A stretch of 64,000 nucleotides of DNA, taken from positions 288,001 to 352,000 of the forward strand of contig JBFWJC010000002.1 of the NCBI GenBank assembly GCA_050253415.1. Reading direction: 5' to 3'. The notes beneath the pieces are model-generated. The model had not been told where the DNA came from. It saw nothing but the letters and a program-made list of their open reading frames with translations, and ran no database searches. This document shows, in pieces, positions 62,566 to 64,000 of the stretch. Source of the stretch: Pedobacter sp. Lineage in GTDB: Bacteria; Desulfobacterota; Desulfuromonadia; Desulfuromonadales; Syntrophotaleaceae. The translations under genes and the position numbers were made by a program. How positions within the stretch are numbered: position 1 is the first letter of the stretch; each line of letters begins with the position of its first letter.

Positions 62566-63117
62566 ATGAAAAAACAGATGATACTGACAGCAATGTGCGC
62601 AACACTTTTGCTGGGTGGTGGGATGGCGGTCCAGGCGCAATCAGGTCCGGCACAGAGCAGAGAGTTTGATGGAATATCCCGGCAGGGATTGATGTGTCCG
62701 CAGGGGGATTCTGTTCCGAAGCATCGGTTTCCAATGCTTGATCGTCTTGATTTGAGCGAGGTCCAGCAAAAAGAGGTTCAGGCGTTGCTGGATGGCAGCA
62801 TCGCGCGGTCAACCAAGCTGCATGGCAAGATGCGCGAAGTAGGTCGTCAGTTGCGTCAAGCTATGGAACCGGGCAAGTTCGATGAAAAAGCCCTACGGAA
62901 ATTGACGTCGGAAAAATCAGCGATTGAGACCGAACTCATGGTCGAGCGTGCCAAAACCCATAGCCGCATATATGGGCTGCTCACGCCTGAACAGAAAGAA
63001 TTGGCCGACCTTGCAAGTAAGCTGCGTCGCTTGCAGGGTCATGGGCCCATAAACCCTGAAAGACACATGCCACGCCCCATGTGTATGGAACCCACGGAAG
63101 AGGGACCGGCCATCTAG
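62566..63117 (+). CDS. Spy/CpxP family periplasmic chaperone
   Basis: Signal peptide; LDLSEVQ and LLTPEQ (LTxxQ) motifs. Confidence 0.85.
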   Translation: MKKQMILTAMCATLLLGGGMAVQAQSGPAQSREFDGISRQGLMCPQGDSVPKHRFPMLDRLDLSEVQQKEVQALLDGSIARSTKLHGKMREVGRQLRQAMEPGKFDEKALRKLTSEKSAIETELMVERAKTHSRIYGLLTPEQKELADLASKLRRLQGHGPINPERHMPRPMCMEPTEEGPAI

Positions 63118-63248
63118 TGGAAAAAATGCTGTGTTTCACACAGGCGGTTCCGCAGCGTGTTGCGAAACCGCCTGTTGAGTTTTGGGTAAGTCGAACCTGT
63201 TAACGTCCTTTTTGCGGTGTAAGGCGGGCAAAAAGCTGGGGATCAATC

Positions 63249-64000
63249 ATGTGTATTCGTGGATCATATTTCGATAGTTTGCTGTTGCTCGGAATAGTGT
63301 TGGTTATTGTGCTGACGTTGTCTTTGGAGGCGAAGGCATCTGAGCAGGGCACCACATTGACCCTGGATCAGGCCATGGCCGCAGCTCTGAAGTATAGCCA
63401 GGGTTTGCGACTGACAAAGGATCAGGTGTTTTTGCAAGAGATAGCGTTGCAGCAGAAAAAAGATAATTTTTTGCCCGAGGTCAACGCCGATGGATCGGTC
63501 GCATTTAGCCACGATCAAGGAGCTACCGGTTCTGCGCGCGATTACCAGTCTCTGTCAGCTGAGGTTTCCGCCAGTGTGAATCTGTTTAACGGTTTCGGCG
63601 ATCGGGCCGCATTGGAGCAGGCCAGCCAGACTTTGGCGGCTCAACAAGAAACCTTGACCCGTCAGCAGCAGACGCTGGTGTTCGATACCGTCAGCGCCTA
63701 TCTGGACGCGGTGAAAAATCTGGAGCAAATTCAGGTGGCGCAGCAGACTCTGGAGGATAATCAACGGCAATTGGCGGATATTGAGGCCTACTATCGAGTC
63801 GGCCGCCGTCCGGTAACCGATGTTTATAAGCAAAAGGCCGAAACGGCCCAGGCGCGTTCCGAGTTGCTTGCCGCGCAACGGGATTATCAGGTGAGTAAAC
63901 TGACCCTGATGCAGACCCTGGGCATTGTAACAACCACGCAGTTCGAGGTTGTCATACCAAAACATGCGGCTCTTAGCGATACGCCGGCAACCGACATCAC
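63249..64000 (+). CDS. TolC-family outer-membrane efflux protein (runs off window end)
   Basis: Manual translation: signal peptide, TLTLDQAMAAAL, FLPEV, SVNLFNG; no stop before 64000, so absent from the ORF track. Confidence 0.85.
   Translation, partial: MCIRGSYFDSLLLLGIVLVIVLTLSLEAKASEQGTTLTLDQAMAAALKYSQGLRLTKDQVFLQEIALQQKKDNFLPEVNADGSVAFSHDQGATGSARDYQSLSAEVSASVNLFNGFGDRAALEQASQTLAAQQETLTRQQQTLVFDTVSAYLDAVKNLEQIQVAQQTLEDNQRQLADIEAYYRVGRRPVTDVYKQKAETAQARSELLAAQRDYQVSKLTLMQTLGIVTTTQFEVVIPKHAALSDTPATDI

Overview
About 64 kb of core-plus-metabolic chromosome from an anaerobic deltaproteobacterium. Gene content and order (acoABC-lipA-lpdA, futalosine mqn genes, serS-tRNA cluster, stand-alone shc) point to Desulfuromonadales, most like Syntrophotalea (Pelobacter) carbinolica; this is an inference from recalled gene content, not a database result. 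Left part: an exported deaminase, a surface protein, an orphan response regulator, a CLC-F type fluoride exporter, a sigma54-driven nifE-nifN pair followed by a NifU_N-NifQ fusion, futalosine-pathway menaquinone genes, hisC-mutY-rnd, fumC, serS with four tRNAs and tadA, and deaD. Centre (25.4-49.8 kb): a 2,3-butanediol/acetoin catabolic island of three transcription units that share a sigma54 promoter and a TGAGAC/GTCTCA upstream motif. The first unit holds a membrane protein, BDH, small accessory genes and an outer-membrane channel, and is followed by acoR. The second is thiCSGH-acoX-thiE with no TPP riboswitch. The third is acoABC-lipA-lpdA, followed by a nitroreductase, lipB and an esterase. 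Right part: a metal permease, shc, a sigma54 activator with hsp20-hsp20-clpB, baeSR-like genes divergent from spy-tolC. Most notable unannotated signals: (1) a 27-codon remnant of a BudC-type SDR directly behind a VOC-family gene that is a plausible acetoin racemase; (2) a two-module intergenic repeat family with a fixed-length 45-nt hypervariable core, bracketing nifEN; (3) heptamer arrays with consistent polarity relative to genes; (4) apparent sigma54 control of thiamine synthesis and of a disaggregase operon. No CRISPR array, integrase or transposase was seen.
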